Part shown: piece by piece, positions 63,484-64,000 of the stretch | How the letters are laid out: every line of letters starts with the position of its first letter | How positions within the stretch are numbered: the first letter of the stretch is position 1 | NCBI RefSeq assembly: GCF_001194135.2 | Contig: NC_068982.1 | Location: forward strand, 150,253,255 to 150,317,254 | Direction of reading: 5' to 3' | Source of the DNA: Octopus bimaculoides | Lineage: Eukaryota | DNA: 64,000 nt | Translations under genes and position numbers: made by a program | Notes under the pieces: generated by a model | Told to the model about the DNA's origin: nothing | Seen by the model: only the letters and a program-made list of their open reading frames with translations | Databases searched by the model: none

Positions 63484-63562
<79 letters not shown>

Positions 63563-64000
63563 CACAACGATAGCGACAGCAGCAGTGACAACGATGGCAA
63601 TAACAACAACAACTACCACGATGGCAACACCTTAGGCGAACACACATACACAGAGGAATACAGGAACTGTACCATATTTTGGGGGTCTTAGGACAGCAGC
63701 AGCACAATGGGGTGAGAGGTTAGGGCGTTTTTTGGCGTATGGCTGCTGTTGAAATGGTTAAAACCAATGTGTGTGTGTGTGTGTGTGTGTGTGGTTGAGC
63801 CTTTAATAGCAGTTTAAGGTCAGTCGCAGAAAGGAATTCAAAACGGCAACACGCACAATCATATACATACATACACATATATGCACACACATGCACAAAC
63901 ACATACCTAGAGAGAGAGGCAGACAGACAAGCAGTAAGTGTCAGATAGTCTACAACAAAGTCTTCCCCTTTGTCTCTCTCTCTCTCTCTCTATCTCTCTC

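Noticed and set aside
7245-63902. Numerous long ORFs in the track (poly-X, VCVC, HTHT, YIYI, poly-I/L/N/R/S)
   Set aside because: They are read-through of N gaps and microsatellites, not genes.
1-64000. CRISPR array, rRNA or intact tRNA genes
   Set aside because: No regularly spaced repeat-spacer array or rRNA similarity; all tRNA-like sequences are SINE heads or degenerate.

Overview
AT-rich, gap-riddled eukaryotic draft-assembly window. Most N-runs sit next to microsatellites. It is dominated by interspersed repeats: several tRNA-derived SINE families (the family mix looks like an octopus or other coleoid genome; this is recall-based inference), about a dozen fragments of R4/Dong-clade REL-endonuclease non-LTR retrotransposons, four mariner-type elements, a hAT MITE and smaller LINE, LTR, Helentron and Penelope-like remnants. 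There is no intact long gene. A few isolated exon candidates suggest the window is largely intronic; the best are a + strand terminal exon at 56460-56626 and - strand exons at 43944-44003 (signal-peptide-like), 17531-17608 and 5422-5484. Nearly all ORFs in the supplied track are microsatellite, N-gap or TE-remnant artefacts. Most notable: (1) a (TAA)n-centred nesting pattern in which SINE tails supply microsatellites that several Dong lineages and a 526-bp non-coding element occupy in the opposite orientation; (2) a 154-nt near-continuous hairpin at 46966-47119; (3) a possible LTR+PBS inserted into a mariner. No CRISPR array, rRNA or functional tRNA gene is supported.
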